From NCBI RefSeq assembly GCF_036321535.1, contig NC_087437.1, forward strand, positions 93,002,001-93,066,000: a DNA stretch of 64,000 bases, given 5' to 3'. Position 1 is the first letter of the stretch, and each line of letters opens with the position of its first letter. Under the pieces are notes generated by a model. That model was not told where the DNA came from. It saw nothing but the letters and a program-made list of their open reading frames with translations, and did not search any database. This DNA comes from Camelus dromedarius (Eukaryota). Below, piece by piece: positions 26,931 to 39,571 of this stretch. The position numbers and the translations under genes were made by a program.

Positions 26931-28980
26931 ATGCACTTAGAATTTTTTTGTTTTTTTTTTTTTTCTTTCTAAATCTTAACATGTCCTATGAGATTTTGAA
27001 GGACCTGGCCCAGGTCTCACCGTAATATACTCTTCCTCTCATTAGTCTGTAACCCCCCTGGTGCTTTTCTTGCTTTGGGGCCTCTGTGCATGCTTTACCT
27101 TCTGCCTGGAGTATTGCCATTGTATGGCCAGCTCCTGTTTGTCTTCCCATCCACAGTGTGAAAGGCCTTTTTTGGCTTCCCCAGTCTAAAGTCAGTCCCA
27201 CTGGCATGCTTGCTCAGCCTCTTTTCACTCTTCATTTAGTTATCATAATCTATAGGTAAACTTTGCCATTGTGTTTGTATTTTATATTTTAAAACAGTGA
27301 TAACTTACCTATTTTTCCTTTGACCTCATCTTTAGGGAATATTCTGTTGTATGAGTGTGCATGTGTATATTCTATATTACAAACATTATTAATGTTGGTT
27401 TTACATTTTTTTTGTGAAGAATCTCCTATTTGAAACGTGGCCTTATGAGACATAAAATTTTGCACTAACCTCTCAAGCAATCAAGTGACAGGAACTTGTG
27501 GTAGTTAGGGATGGGGTTAGGATGGACTTGGGTTGGCATTCAGGCTCTGCTGTTTCCCAGCTCTGGGCTGCTCCTGAGTAGTGCTTGTCATCATTTTAAT
27601 TGTCTATTTTATTGAAATGTTTTATTTTCATCTCTTCTTTATCACTCCCAAACCCCTATCAACATGCACTGCTACTTATTTGTAGTGTACCTTTTAGAGA
27701 GATGAAGCTTTACTATTATTATTTCCTTAAGCAGTAAATAGTACACAACCTGCTTCAAGATATACACTAACTTAAAACACTATGATCAGTCTCCCCCCTT
27801 CAGCCCATCAAAGGTTTGTCTGTCTATGTTTGTTCTTCTACTGTGTCTTCTCTTTGTCCTCTCTGTCTCTCTCTGCCTCATAGATCTCAGCTATACATTT
27901 GGCAATTGAAGCTTTGTGATATTTAAAAGAAGATAACCAAAAATAAAAAGTCATGGATTTTATTTTATTTTTTTATTTGTGCTTGTCCATTTCTGGGAAG
28001 AGTGAAGGGAAAATTATCTCTATGTTCTTTTTAAAAGTCTTAATATATGAGCTTCACTTGCCGCAAGCAGATGAGGTGTAAAATATTAAAACATCATAGG
28101 CCATGCAAAAATAAGAACTTCGCTCAGATGCAGATACTCTGAGGGGATGCTGTCCTTGGATTCTAGGTTAGATAGTCCTTTCTGGATTGATAAAGAATTG
28201 CTCCCATCAAGGCAGGAGTGAAGCATTCTGCTTTTTTTCTCAGCAATGCAACCTTTCTTCCTCCTCCTCTCTTGCCTTCTCCTCTCCTCCAACCTACTTT
28301 TTTTTTTTTTTCTATACATAAAAAGATGAAGGCATAGCTTAGGTTTTCTCTCCTCCTCTCTTTCCCTGTGATTGGCTTATTTCCCTGCTGTGCTGATTGT
28401 TTCAGCATGTAGAAAAAACTGGCTGCAGCTAGGAATTTGCCTTAAGAAATGGAAACCTTTGAGGCCATTTGAGCATGAACCTAGGCAATTCAGAGAAGCT
28501 GGGAACAAGCCAGAGGGAGGCTTGGTCCTTTTAACCACTCTTTCTCCAGGATTTATTAACATCCTGCAGCAAGTAGAAATCTGACTCTTACATGGTGTGT
28601 GTTTATGAATTCTATTAACTTGTAGATTTTAACTAGTTTATATCAATATGAACTAGATTGTTTTCTTGAATTTTTTTTTACTCTTTATATACATGCTAAT
28701 ATAAATGTGTGTGTGTGATATACACACATCTAAAATCCGGAAGTTTATAAAGCTTAATCATAGATTGTTGAATGTTTTGATTTGTTGCTGTTAATTATAG
28801 TTCACAATCTCAGCACATCTAGAAATGATAGAAAATGGGGCAAGAATATACATATGTAGGCTGTGCAAGTGGATAAATTCTAAAGCAAAGGAAGTTTTAT
28901 TTTAAAAATAGAAATTAAATAAATTTTCTGTATTAGAAATGTCTATAAAATATCTTTAGAAAACATATACATAGGCCATC

Positions 28981-28985
28981 ATATG

Positions 28986-29027
<42 letters not shown>

Positions 29028-29056
29028 CATATATATATATATGTATATATGTATAG
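28981..29056. repeat. Compound microsatellite (TA)n(TG)~14(TA)n
   Basis: Directly visible. Confidence 0.95.
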
Positions 29057-29199
29057 AAAATGAACTTCTTGAGCGTCTCTGCCTTTGAAACTGAATGTTA
29101 GAGGAAGGGGGCTTTATGGACACATGTTGATGATAAAGCAATCTGTTGCTGAGAATCACATATTAAAAAAAGTCTGGCACACACAGGGGCTGAATTAGC

Positions 29200-31230
29200 T
29201 AATTAATGTAATTTATTGAGTACTTACTGTGTACCCAATATTTTTGAACCCTGGGAATGAAGCATTGAAAAAACCAGATAAGACACCAGTTCTCTGAGTC
29301 CCTGTCTATGGGGAAAGCAAGCAATACAAAATAAATTTCCAGCTAGTGGCAAGTTCCATGAAGAGAAGTAAAGCCAGCTAGATGTATTCAGTGTTCTGTT
29401 GACTACAGCTGGGTTTTTTTGTTTTTTGTCTTTTTTGCTTTGTTTTGTTTTGTTTTATTTTTTTAAGTGTGATCAAGATAACCATTTCTGAAGAGGTAAT
29501 ATTTAAACAGAGACCTGAGTGAAGTGAGGTACAATATAAAATCCTGGGGAGGGGGCAGTGAGCAGACAGTGAGGAGAAAAGCAATTGTGAAGTCCCTGTG
29601 GGGGGAATGGGTGTGGCAAGTTTAAGAGAAGGCAAGAGAGGTGCGGAGTGGTAAGCAAGGGAGAATTTTAGGAAAATACAGAGAGTTTAACAGTTGTCAG
29701 ATCATGTAAAGCCTTGTAGGTTATTGTAAGGAGTTTGAATTTTCTTCTGTTTTATTCAGTTGATTCTGTTTGACAGGAAGCTGTTAAAAGATGTGGACCA
29801 GGGGAGTGGTGTGACAATACTGAAAAAACTCCTCTTTATGAATACAAACTAGGAGGAAGAGGGATGTGGGGTGGGCATGGAATTGGTGGGTAGACATAAG
29901 GAGCATGTGCACCGTGGTCGTCCACTGAGAAATTGTGTCTTGGATCAGAGTGGTGGCATCTAGGACTTTAAGATTTGATTAGATTAAAATGGAATGCATT
30001 TTGAAGGGAGAGCTGACAAAACTTTGTGAGTGATTAGTTGCATATGAGGGGAAGAAAAATTATTTCCAAGTTTTTGATTAATGGCTAACTGGGCTCCTGA
30101 AAATGTCATCTGTAAGTTTGGAGCATGAGGTATACAGTAGCCATTTATACAGCTTTGGGAAACTGGGAGAAGTATTTGGGGGAAAATGAAAAGGTTAGAT
30201 AACTTAAATTTGAAATGCCTCTTTGGTATATAAATGGAGATGTCAAGTCGGCAGTTAAATATCTGAGCCTGGAATTCAGTGGAGAGGTTAGGGCTGGCAA
30301 ACCCCTTAAAACTGGAAGTCATCTCTTTATGGAAGGTTTCTCAAGCTATAAGATTGTATCAGATCACCTGAAAAGTGAGGATGAGGAGAGAGAGGGTCTG
30401 ACTGCTGAGCTCTGAGTTGTCCTCACATGACGAGATCAGGAAGAAGAACCTGTAGGTGAAGTAGGAGGACAGGGAGGGAGGACCCAACCATACCAGCTGT
30501 GTCTGCTGGGCTTAAGTTAAATAAGGATTGAGAGTTAGACATTGATTTGGCCTGATGGTCATTTATTTGGACTAAAAAGAATTTTATTGGAATGGTTGGG
30601 CTGAAATTCTCTTTTCAATGGGTTAAAAAGAGAATGCAGAGGGAGAAAGTGAAGGTAGTAAGTAAAGATAACTTTTATGAGGGGGATATTCTTTAAAGGG
30701 GAGCAGAAAAGTGGGTTGGTAGCTGAAATAAAGAGCTATAAGTCAGAAAGTTTCTTCTAAGTTAGGAGATGGTATTGCACTGATAGAGAAGGGAAAACCT
30801 CTGAGTCAGTAGAAAATGGATAACTAGGTGCAAACCTTTGAGAAGGGAAGAGATGGGATTTGGTGTGCTAAGGGAGAGGTGGTCTTAGAAAAGTGCAGAG
30901 ACAATTTATCTGATATAGTAAGGAAACAGTATATGGGTTTTAGCTGAGAGGATGGTAGATGTAATTGGGTGTTGATGATGTTTTATAATTGTTTCTATTT
31001 TTTTCCAAAAAAAATTTTTTTTGTTTTTTTGAGCTCAAGGCAGTCAACTGCAGGTGAAAAGTTAAGAGACAGGAGTTGGAAATTCCAGCTTAGAGAAGGT
31101 GTAGAATTGTCATCTGAGAAAGTGGAGAGTCATTTCATCATTTATGAAGTAGGGTGGGATTCCTGAGTGATTTTGAGATCCTACCTGTGTGTGGACCAAG
31201 CCGAAACCTGGATTTGACTAGGGTTGGAGC
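29200..31230 (-). mobile_element. L2, about 2 kb
   Basis: atttattgagtacttactgtgt...tctgaagaggtaatatttaaacagagacctgag...agatcatgtaaagccttgtagg...tttgaaatgcct...ggagatgtcaagtcggcagtt...tggaattcagtggagagg. Confidence 0.85.
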
Positions 31231-32901
31231 TCTGCTAGGACTATGAGACTTCCCTTAAATTCAACTGAAGGCTGTGTTAAAGGCTGGAGAAGGGCAGTCA
31301 ATAAATGCTTAAGTGACAATTGTCATTTCTCCATTTTTCTTACATTTTTCATATAGTTAACATTTCCAGAAAGTTAACAACAGCAAAAGGAATCCATATA
31401 AAGAATCACAATTTTTCAGATCAAGTGTGTTAAATAATAAGTCACAACAGGAGGTATAATTACTTATAAGCAAATGAGCTTGAGAGACAATTAATTCAAA
31501 TATACTTAATCCATCACTAAATATTTTCCTTATACTATCACTGGAGTAAGCTTTCTCAAATGCAAATTTGGTGCATGTGACTGACAAGTGTAAATCATTC
31601 AGGGGTAAACTATAGCCTATGACGATCGTTTTCTAAACAGACAAATGCTAATAGCTCTGGTAAAAATGGAGATCCAGTGTCTTTTGTAGAGTTTCTCATA
31701 CTTGAGGCTGCCTCCCCCTTATAGGTAATGTTATAGGTTGATATTTTCTTGATCATATGAGATAAAAATATGAGCCCTAGAGATATAAAACAGGATTTCA
31801 CATATCAGTTATGCCATATCAGATATGGTCTCAAAAATTTCTCAGACATTATCCTTACTGTTTCTAGTCCAGTGACCAATGCTGGGGTTCCTTCATTGCC
31901 TGAATGGTCCTGAGCACAAAAACTGCCATCGTGTACTAGGTGTTTAGAACTGCAGTTAGCAGGAGGCAGCTCAAGGGTATTGTCCATTTTGCAGCTGTCT
32001 CAGGAAAAGCCTGGTGGTGGTATGTATGTGTGTGCCATGTGCACACATGTGGGGTGCTGGGTGGTGTAGCCACAACAGAGGCCTGCCTAAATCCTTGTAT
32101 GTTTTCCCCAAGGCAGAAACTTTGGCTCCATGGATACATTAAATTACAACTTTTTGATATACTGAAGTATCCAACCCTAAATTTTAGGAAATGTGAGTAT
32201 TAAAAGAAATGGGATTATGTTTAAAAGGTACTTGAAATAGGAATGTGGCTGCACTTCTTTGTTGTATACCCTTAGCCAGTCCCTGGGAGAAAGCACACAG
32301 ACTTTAAGAGCAACTGGCAGTAGTCACAATGGGTTAATCCTTTCTGTGTCTTGAGGCCCCAAGTAGGGTGTTTCCCAGCTGCCTCTAGCAGCCCCATGAG
32401 TCCTGTCCACTGGGCACTGAGGGATATTCACTGAAGCCCTCTGGGTGCAAGGATTACATTTTAAAGTAATTGGTTTTAAGGATGAATTCCACGTTCTTGG
32501 CACAGTAGGAGCTCAAGTATCTGATCTCTTTCCACCTCTCTAAATTCTATTATGTAGATTTCCTCTCACATACCGAGACTCTGTGTATTTACATGCCACT
32601 CTTCCTCCTTTGGAGTGCCTTCCTACCTCTGCTTTACTTTATACACTATCTTATGTTTCAAGACCAAATATCTGTCTCCTCTTGTAGGAAACCTTCATAA
32701 AATCTCTACCATCTCCATCCCTGTCCCTAACCCTTTAAATGTTCTCTTGCCTATCTTGCTCCAACAGACTTAGTCTGGTCATCCCTGTCTTACTTAACAC
32801 TGCACTTATTTAGGTCTAATAATGTGTGTATATATTACATTGAAAAAATTGCCCATATTAGTCTTCCCTGCTAGACATGTCTCTTCAGTGGCCTGACTTT
32901 T

Positions 32902-33892
32902 TTTTTTAACATTTTTTATTGATTTATAATCATTTTACAATGTTATGTCAAATTCCAGTGTTCAGCACAACTTTTCAGTTATTCATGGACATATACACAC
33001 TCATTGTCACATTTTTTTCTCTGTGAGTTATCATAACATTTTGTGTATATTTCCCTGTGCTATACAGTGTAGTCTATTCTACAATTTTGAAATCCCAGTC
33101 TATCCCTTCCCACCCTCCACCCCCCTGGTAACCACAAGTCTGTATTCTCTGTCTGTGAGTCTATTTCTGTCCTTTATTTACGCTTTGTTTTTGTTTGTTT
33201 GTTTGTTTTTGTTTTTGTTTTTTAGATTCCACATATGAGCGATCTCATATGTTATTTTTCTTTCTCTTTCTGGCTTACTTCACTTAGAATGACATTCTCC
33301 AGGAGCATCCATGTTGCTGCAAATGGCATTATGTTGTCGGTTTTTATGGCTGAGTAGTATTCCATTGTATAAATATACCACCTCTTCTTTATCCAGTCAC
33401 CTGTTGATGGACATTTAGGCTGTTTCCATGTTTTGGCTATTGTAAATAGTGCTGCTATGAACATTGGGGTGCAGGTGTCATCCTGAAGTAGATTTCCTTC
33501 TGGATACAAGCCCAGGAGTGGGATTCCTGGGTCATAGGATAAGTCTATTCCTAGTCTTTTGAGGAATCTCCACACTGTTTTCCATAGTGGCTGCACCAAA
33601 CTGCATTCCCACCAGCAGTGTAGGAGGGTTCCCCTTTCTCCACAGCCTCTCCAGCATTTGTCATTTGTGGATTTTTGAATGACGGCCATTCTGACTGGTG
33701 TGAGGTGATACCTCATTGTAGTTTTGATTTGCATTTCTCTGATAATTAGTGATATTGAGCATTTTTTCATGTGCTTTTTGATCATTTGTATGTCTTCCTT
33801 GGAGAATTGCTTGTTTAGGCCTTTTGCCCATTTTTGGATTGGGTTGTTTATTTTTTTCTTATTGAGTCGTATGAGCTGCTTATATATTCTGG
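32902..33892 (-). mobile_element. Young 5'-truncated L1 (about 1 kb; ORF2 C-terminus plus 3'UTR) with 15-bp TSD
   Basis: ORF 33252..34016 carries L1 ORF2 motifs ([49 protein letters not shown]). Poly(T) lies at about 32898-32907. TSD AGTGGCCTGACTTTT is at 32887-32901 and 33893-33907. Confidence 0.95.
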
Positions 33893-35742
33893 AGTGGCCT
33901 GACTTTTGACTTGATTTCAACAACATGCATTTGCTCTCCAATAAATGCTTATCAACTATTAGAATTGTACCTAAAATAAAAATATATATCCTGAGAGAAT
34001 ATTCTGTACATTTCATGAGATATTTTCATGCAAGATGTCCTACCATTTCCTTTGGGTTTTGATGTTAAAAATTATTTCTATTTCAAAAATGTTTTTATCC
34101 TCCCATGCTGCCTCATAGTAAAAGGCATTTTAATCGATACAATTTATATCATTCAGTTTTAATTTTATTTGTGCCCTGAGTAATTTGTTAAAGCAATAGT
34201 CTTAATAGGAAATTATGACCTGTTTTCTAGCATTCCAACTGATTTATAGAGTCCAGTTCTTTCCTAGGTATGAAAATACTTCAGTTTGTAAGTTTTTATG
34301 TTTTAATGATGATGGCATTTTAATACCATGCTGTTTTGCTTATGATGAAAAGGTTTTACTCTAAGAGACCTACTGAAAAAAAAAACCCAGAAACTTTATT
34401 TTAAATATAAAATGATGTTTTCCTTCCTCACGTTAAAATGCATTTTAAAATGTCAACATAAACACGCAAAACCAAAATCAAATCTCTTGATCATATTTTT
34501 GAGAAGCAATGACTTTTTTTATTTTAATTAAGTCCCTAAAGAATTTTCAAATGTGAATGTCTCTAACCTAGCAGATAATTTTCAGTTACGTATATAATTA
34601 TTTGCTTTATAATTTTTCTCCATCCCACATAAAGTCATAATTTTGTCAAGTACTTACTTTACTCACCCCCCAATGAAATGTGTATTAAGTATTAAATAAT
34701 TTACAAGTTCTACTTCATCACCGTACTATCTGTCGTATATCAATCATGGCATATAATTAACTACTATGACTATTTTGATTTTTAAACAATTTTATATAAC
34801 TATAAAAATGCAGAAATAACAACCTGTCGATTTTAATTAATTAGTATAATAGCCTATAGTTGTACCTTTACACTATGTCAAATATATATTTCTCTTTTTC
34901 ACATGCGCAGGTATAGCAGATCATAAGACCATTGTATTTTGTGTAAACTTAAATGGGAAAATTATAGATTTTCTTAATGTGGATGTATGTATAAATAAAT
35001 TTGCAAGATAGATTTGAATCAAGTTCATATTGAAGGGTATGTTTTCTATAGAATTAATGGCATAGACAGATATACTTCAGCCACGATGATGAACATCTAC
35101 ACACTATGGTTATTTATGCTTGTTTTCATAGGGCAGAGACCAGTGTGTCAATACCAATCTTACAAATGCTTTTACCACTTGAGATCTCTTTTGAAAAAAA
35201 CTAATGAAATGAAAAATTACATTTTCTTGCAATATATGGCAAAATGATAACTAAAATTATTTTCCATATATTCTCATTATTCTGATATAATTTAAAGGAT
35301 CACTTTTTGAAAAGTGTCTCATACACAGGTTCAGAGGTGTCCAAGAGTGCATTAGTTAAGGTGTTTCTTTCCAGACATGTAGCAGTTTTTCAGGCCCCCA
35401 AAATGCCTGTGATTTTATTAAAAGGTAAAAACCAGCAATGGAGCACCAATACCTCTGGATCTAGTCATAACTTTTTGACTAAGTATAGAAGTAAGTAGTT
35501 TTACTTTCTCAAGGACTTACTCTATTGTAAAGTGTAGCATGGCTTAAACTCACCTCTAATCTCTTTCTAGAAAAGGAAGTTCAGTGTAGGATATATATCA
35601 TCAGTGAACTTTCTGACCAGGAGAGAGAAGTGAAGCAAAAATGCCCAGGTGAACTGGCATGGGAATAAACAGGTATTAACTAAGAATGTCAAAGGCAAAA
35701 GAAACTTCTCACTGCTCTTCAGAGTTTATTCTTCTTTGTTAT

Positions 35743-36284
35743 TGTGGTGGTTAACTCTATGTCAACTTGACTGTGCTAAGGGATGCCAAATAGATGGCAG
35801 AAATTATTTCTGGTTGTGTCTATGAGTGTTTCTGGAAAAGATTAGCATTTGATTCAGTAGACTGAGTAAAGAGATCACCCTCACCATTGTGGGTGGGCAT
35901 CATCCAATTTGTTGAGGACCCCAGTGGAACAGAAAGGTGAGGGAAGGGTGAATTTTTCTCTTTCTCTCTTTTGCTGAGAGGTCCATCTTTTTCTGCTTTT
36001 GGACATTGGAGCTCCTAGTTCTTGGCTCTCCTACCTCCGGGACTTAGACCAGTGGCATCCTGGTTCTTAAGTCTTAAGCCTCCAACTATGAGTTACATCA
36101 TCGGTTCCCCTTGGACTGAGGTAAACCCCCTGCTTTCCTGATTCTCCAGCTGACAGACGGCCAGGCCAGATTGTGGGACTTCTCTGCCTCTATAACTGGA
36201 TGAGCCAATTTCTGTAATAAGTCACCTCATATCTATCTCTGTATATCCTGTTTGCTCTATTTCTTTGGAGAACACTGACTAATT
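35743..36284 (+). mobile_element. ERVL solo LTR (MLT2B/D-like)
   Basis: tgtggtggttaactctatgtcaacttgactgtgctaagggatgcc...gattagcatttgattcagtagactgagtaaagagatcaccctcacc...ttctttggagaacactgactaat. Confidence 0.85.
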
Positions 36285-37044
36285 GTCGTGATAAATGATC
36301 CTCCTCAGTGGTATCATTTGGAATCATGGACTTTGGAGTTGGAAGAGTCTTCTGAAGTTAACTAGTCCCTCCTCTGTCTCAGAATAGGGATAACTTCTAT
36401 GCACTGTTTTTCATGGTGTATAATTTTCAGCAATCTTTTTGGAAAACAATTTGTCAACACTTATGTTAAAAAATGCCACAGCATGATCATTGAGCTATTT
36501 TATTTAAGGTACTTTATTCTAAGGCTATAAACCTACTGTATATTAAAAAAAATACAGTGTGCATAAAGATATTTATTACAAGATTATGAACTAGAAATCA
36601 GCAAAAATATCCTTCAGGAATGAAGCGTAAATTAAAACATTCTTAGATGAAAAAAAACTAAGAGAGTTTGTGGCCAGCAGACCTATCTAAGAATAGCTAA
36701 GGGAAATCCTCCATTGAGAAAGGAGATTATTAAAAAAAAAAAAAAAAGGAATACTGGAATATCAGTGAGGAAGGAAAAAAGTAGAAAGAGTAAAAATATG
36801 GATAAATACAACAAAATTTTTATTTCTATTTAGTTTTTAAGGTATGCCACTCTGCAGACATGAGAATGATAATAAAGGAATACTAGGAACAGATTTACAT
36901 ACATAAATTTGGCAACTTCAGTGAAATGAATCTGTTCCTAAAAAACCGCTACCACAACTCACCCCATATGAAGTATATAATTTGAATATTCTATAACTAT
37001 TAATGAAATTTGATTTCTAAGTTTCAAATAATAAATCTGCAGAT

Positions 37045-37178
37045 GTTTTCTTTCTCTTTTCTTCCTTCCTTCCTTCCTTTCTTTTCTTTTCTTTTCTTCT
37101 CTTTTCTTTTCTTTCCTTTCCTTTCCTTTCCTTTTCCTTTTCCTTTTTCTCTTTCTTTCTTTCTTTCTTTCTTTCTTT

Positions 37179-37234
<56 letters not shown>

Positions 37235-37300
37235 TTTCCTTCCTTCCTTCCTTCCTTCCTTGCTTCCTTCCTTCCTTCCTTTCTCTCTCTTTCTTTCCTT
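37045..37300. repeat. Complex polypyrimidine microsatellite (CCTT)n/(CTTTT)n/(CCTTT)n/(CTTT)n
   Basis: About 255 nt, essentially all C/T on the + strand. It produces the spurious K/E/R-rich and F/L/S-rich ORFs. Confidence 0.97.
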
Positions 37301-37594
37301 CCACAGTAGATAAAAATAGTCAATATTTATTTGTCTTAATTGGGAAAAAAATTTACAAAACACTTGGACAGTAATGACCCCATGATACTTTATTGTGGCT
37401 CCATCTCATATCTCTCAACTTTTAGACCAGGATGTATGAAATAGTGTTTCCATTTGACCTACCTTGACATAACATGTAGATGATCTCATTCTGTGTTTCA
37501 CTGATTTGAATTCTTCTAAAACCAGTTCTAAAAATCTATTGACTGCACTGGTTTAAAAGTGATACAAAGTTTTTACTTTTTTTTTTTTCAGGTA
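37051..37594 (-). mobile_element. Retroposed non-repeat insert (orphan 3' transduction or truncated retrocopy) nested in the old L1
   Basis: CAGATGTTTTC direct repeats at 37040-37050 and 37595-37605. Minus-strand AATAAA at 37326-37331 lies 25 nt before a purine-rich tail. L1 ORF2 similarity stops and resumes at the repeats. Confidence 0.65.
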
Positions 37595-39380
37595 CAGATG
37601 TTTTCAATGGATAATCCTATAGAACATTTCAATAATTAACACTAACTTTACACAATCTTTTCCAGAAAATGGGAAAAGAAGGAACACATCACAGTTCATT
37701 TTATGAAGCCAGTATTGCCCTGATACCAGTATGAGATAGAGAAGTATTATAAAAGGAAAATTACCACTCATTATACCTTTTGAATGTAGACAGAAAGCTT
37801 CTTAACAAAATATTAGCAAATGTAATGCACTGATACATGAAAAGAATTATATACCAGAACCAAGTAGGGTTTTTTCCTGAGATGTGAGGCTTGTTAAGGA
37901 TTTAAAAATCAGTTAACATAACCCATCATATTAACAGGCTGAAGAAGGGGGGAAAAGCCTAACATTATATTTGTTGATACCAAAGAAGTATTGTACAAAA
38001 TTAAATATCCATTTATAATAAAACAGCTCAGAATAATAGGAATAGAGGAGGACTTCCAGAACTTGACTAAGAGTATCTACTAAAAAACCACATCTAATAA
38101 TATATTTAATAGTTAAAAACTAAATGCTTTCACCCTAAGTTTGAGAACAAGGCAAAGATGTGTCCTCTCACCATTTCCATTTAACATAGTGCTGTAATTT
38201 TCAGCCAATGAAATAAAGCTAAAATGGGAAATAAAGGACACAAGGTTGGAATAGAAGAAATAAAATTGTCTCTATTTGTGGATGATATGATTACCTAGAT
38301 AGAAAATCCCAAGGAATTCAAACAAACAAATAATAAAATCCCAACATCTAAGAAGTAAGTTTAACAAGGTTACAGGATGCAAGAAAAATATACGAAAATC
38401 AGTTATATCTGTGTACTGGCAATGAACATGTGATCATTAAAATAAAAAAAGGATGCCATTTTTAATTGTGCCCCCCATTCCTCTCTTCACTTCCTCTCTT
38501 CCTTGCTGCCTCCCTTTTTGTCTCTCTCAAAAGAAATAATAAGGTCTAAATATAATAAAATATAAACAAGACTGTATGCTAAAAACTACAAAACAGCAAT
38601 GGAAGAAAAGATCTAAATAAATGAAGATGCAAACAGTGGTCTTAAATTAGAAGACTTAATGTAGTAAAAATGTCATTTTTCCTCAAATAAATAGTGGTTT
38701 GTTTAAGACAATTCCTCTCACAATTGCAGTAAGATTTTTTTATAGATATAGACAGAGATTATTTTTAAATTATATGGAAAGGCAAAGCAATTATTTTAGA
38801 ATAGCTAAGACAGTCTTGTAAAAGAGAAAGTGGTAGGAATCAGTCTCTGATTTTAAGACTTATTATATGTAGCTACAGTAATCAATACTATGTGGTATCA
38901 GTGGAGAGGTAGACACGAATTGATGAAACAAAATAGAGAACTCAGAAATAGGCCTGCGCAAATATGCCCAACTATTTTTTGACAAAAGTAGAAAAGCATT
39001 TCAATGGAAGAAGCCTTTTCAACTCATGATGTTGGAGCAGTTACACATCCATAGGCAAAAAATTAACCTCAACTTAAATTTCAAACCTTACGTAAGCATT
39101 AACTTAAAATAGATCATGAACTAATAATGTAAAATGTAAAACTGGGCAACTTTTAGAAAAAAGTTCAGAGTGTAGGAGTAGTCAAAGAGTTCTTAAACTC
39201 AACACCAAAAGCACAGTCAATGCAAGGGAAAAATTATAAATTGAATTTTTTTAAATTATGATATAAAGACCTTGTTAAGATGATGAAAAGAAAAACTACA
39301 GACTTTTCTGGGACAAGACTTTTTCAAGGAAAAAGATGTTTGTAGGCCATATATCCAACAAAGGTCTCAAATCTGGAATA

Positions 39381-39571
39381 CAGTTGATGCTTGAACAAGG
39401 CAGGAGTTAAATCTGGGTATAACTTACAGTCTGCCTTCGGTATCTGAGTTTACTCTGTATCTGCGGATTCAACCAACCACAGACTGTGTAGTCCAGTAGT
39501 ATTCACTATTGAAAAATACCCCCATATTATTGAACCTACAAGTTCAAACCCGTGTTGTTCAGGGTCACCTG
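39381..39571. mobile_element. TcMar-Tigger MITE (Tigger2/MER2-related) nested in the old L1
   Basis: TA|cagttgatgcttgaacaa ... tgttgttcagggtcacctg|TA terminal inverted repeats with TA duplication. L1 sequence is continuous across it. Confidence 0.85.

Noticed and set aside
28040..28600. Overlapping ORFs as a possible processed pseudogene
   Set aside because: The ORFs arise from a low-complexity C/T tract, with no recognisable protein similarity, TSD or tail.
33252..34016. 254-aa ORF as a nested antisense gene
   Set aside because: It is an L1 ORF2 C-terminal remnant. The first ~40 codons come from flanking DNA beyond the TSD, and there is no promoter or splice evidence.
36959..37363. K/E/R-rich and F/L/S-rich ORFs (four overlapping)
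   Set aside because: They are translations of a stop-free microsatellite.
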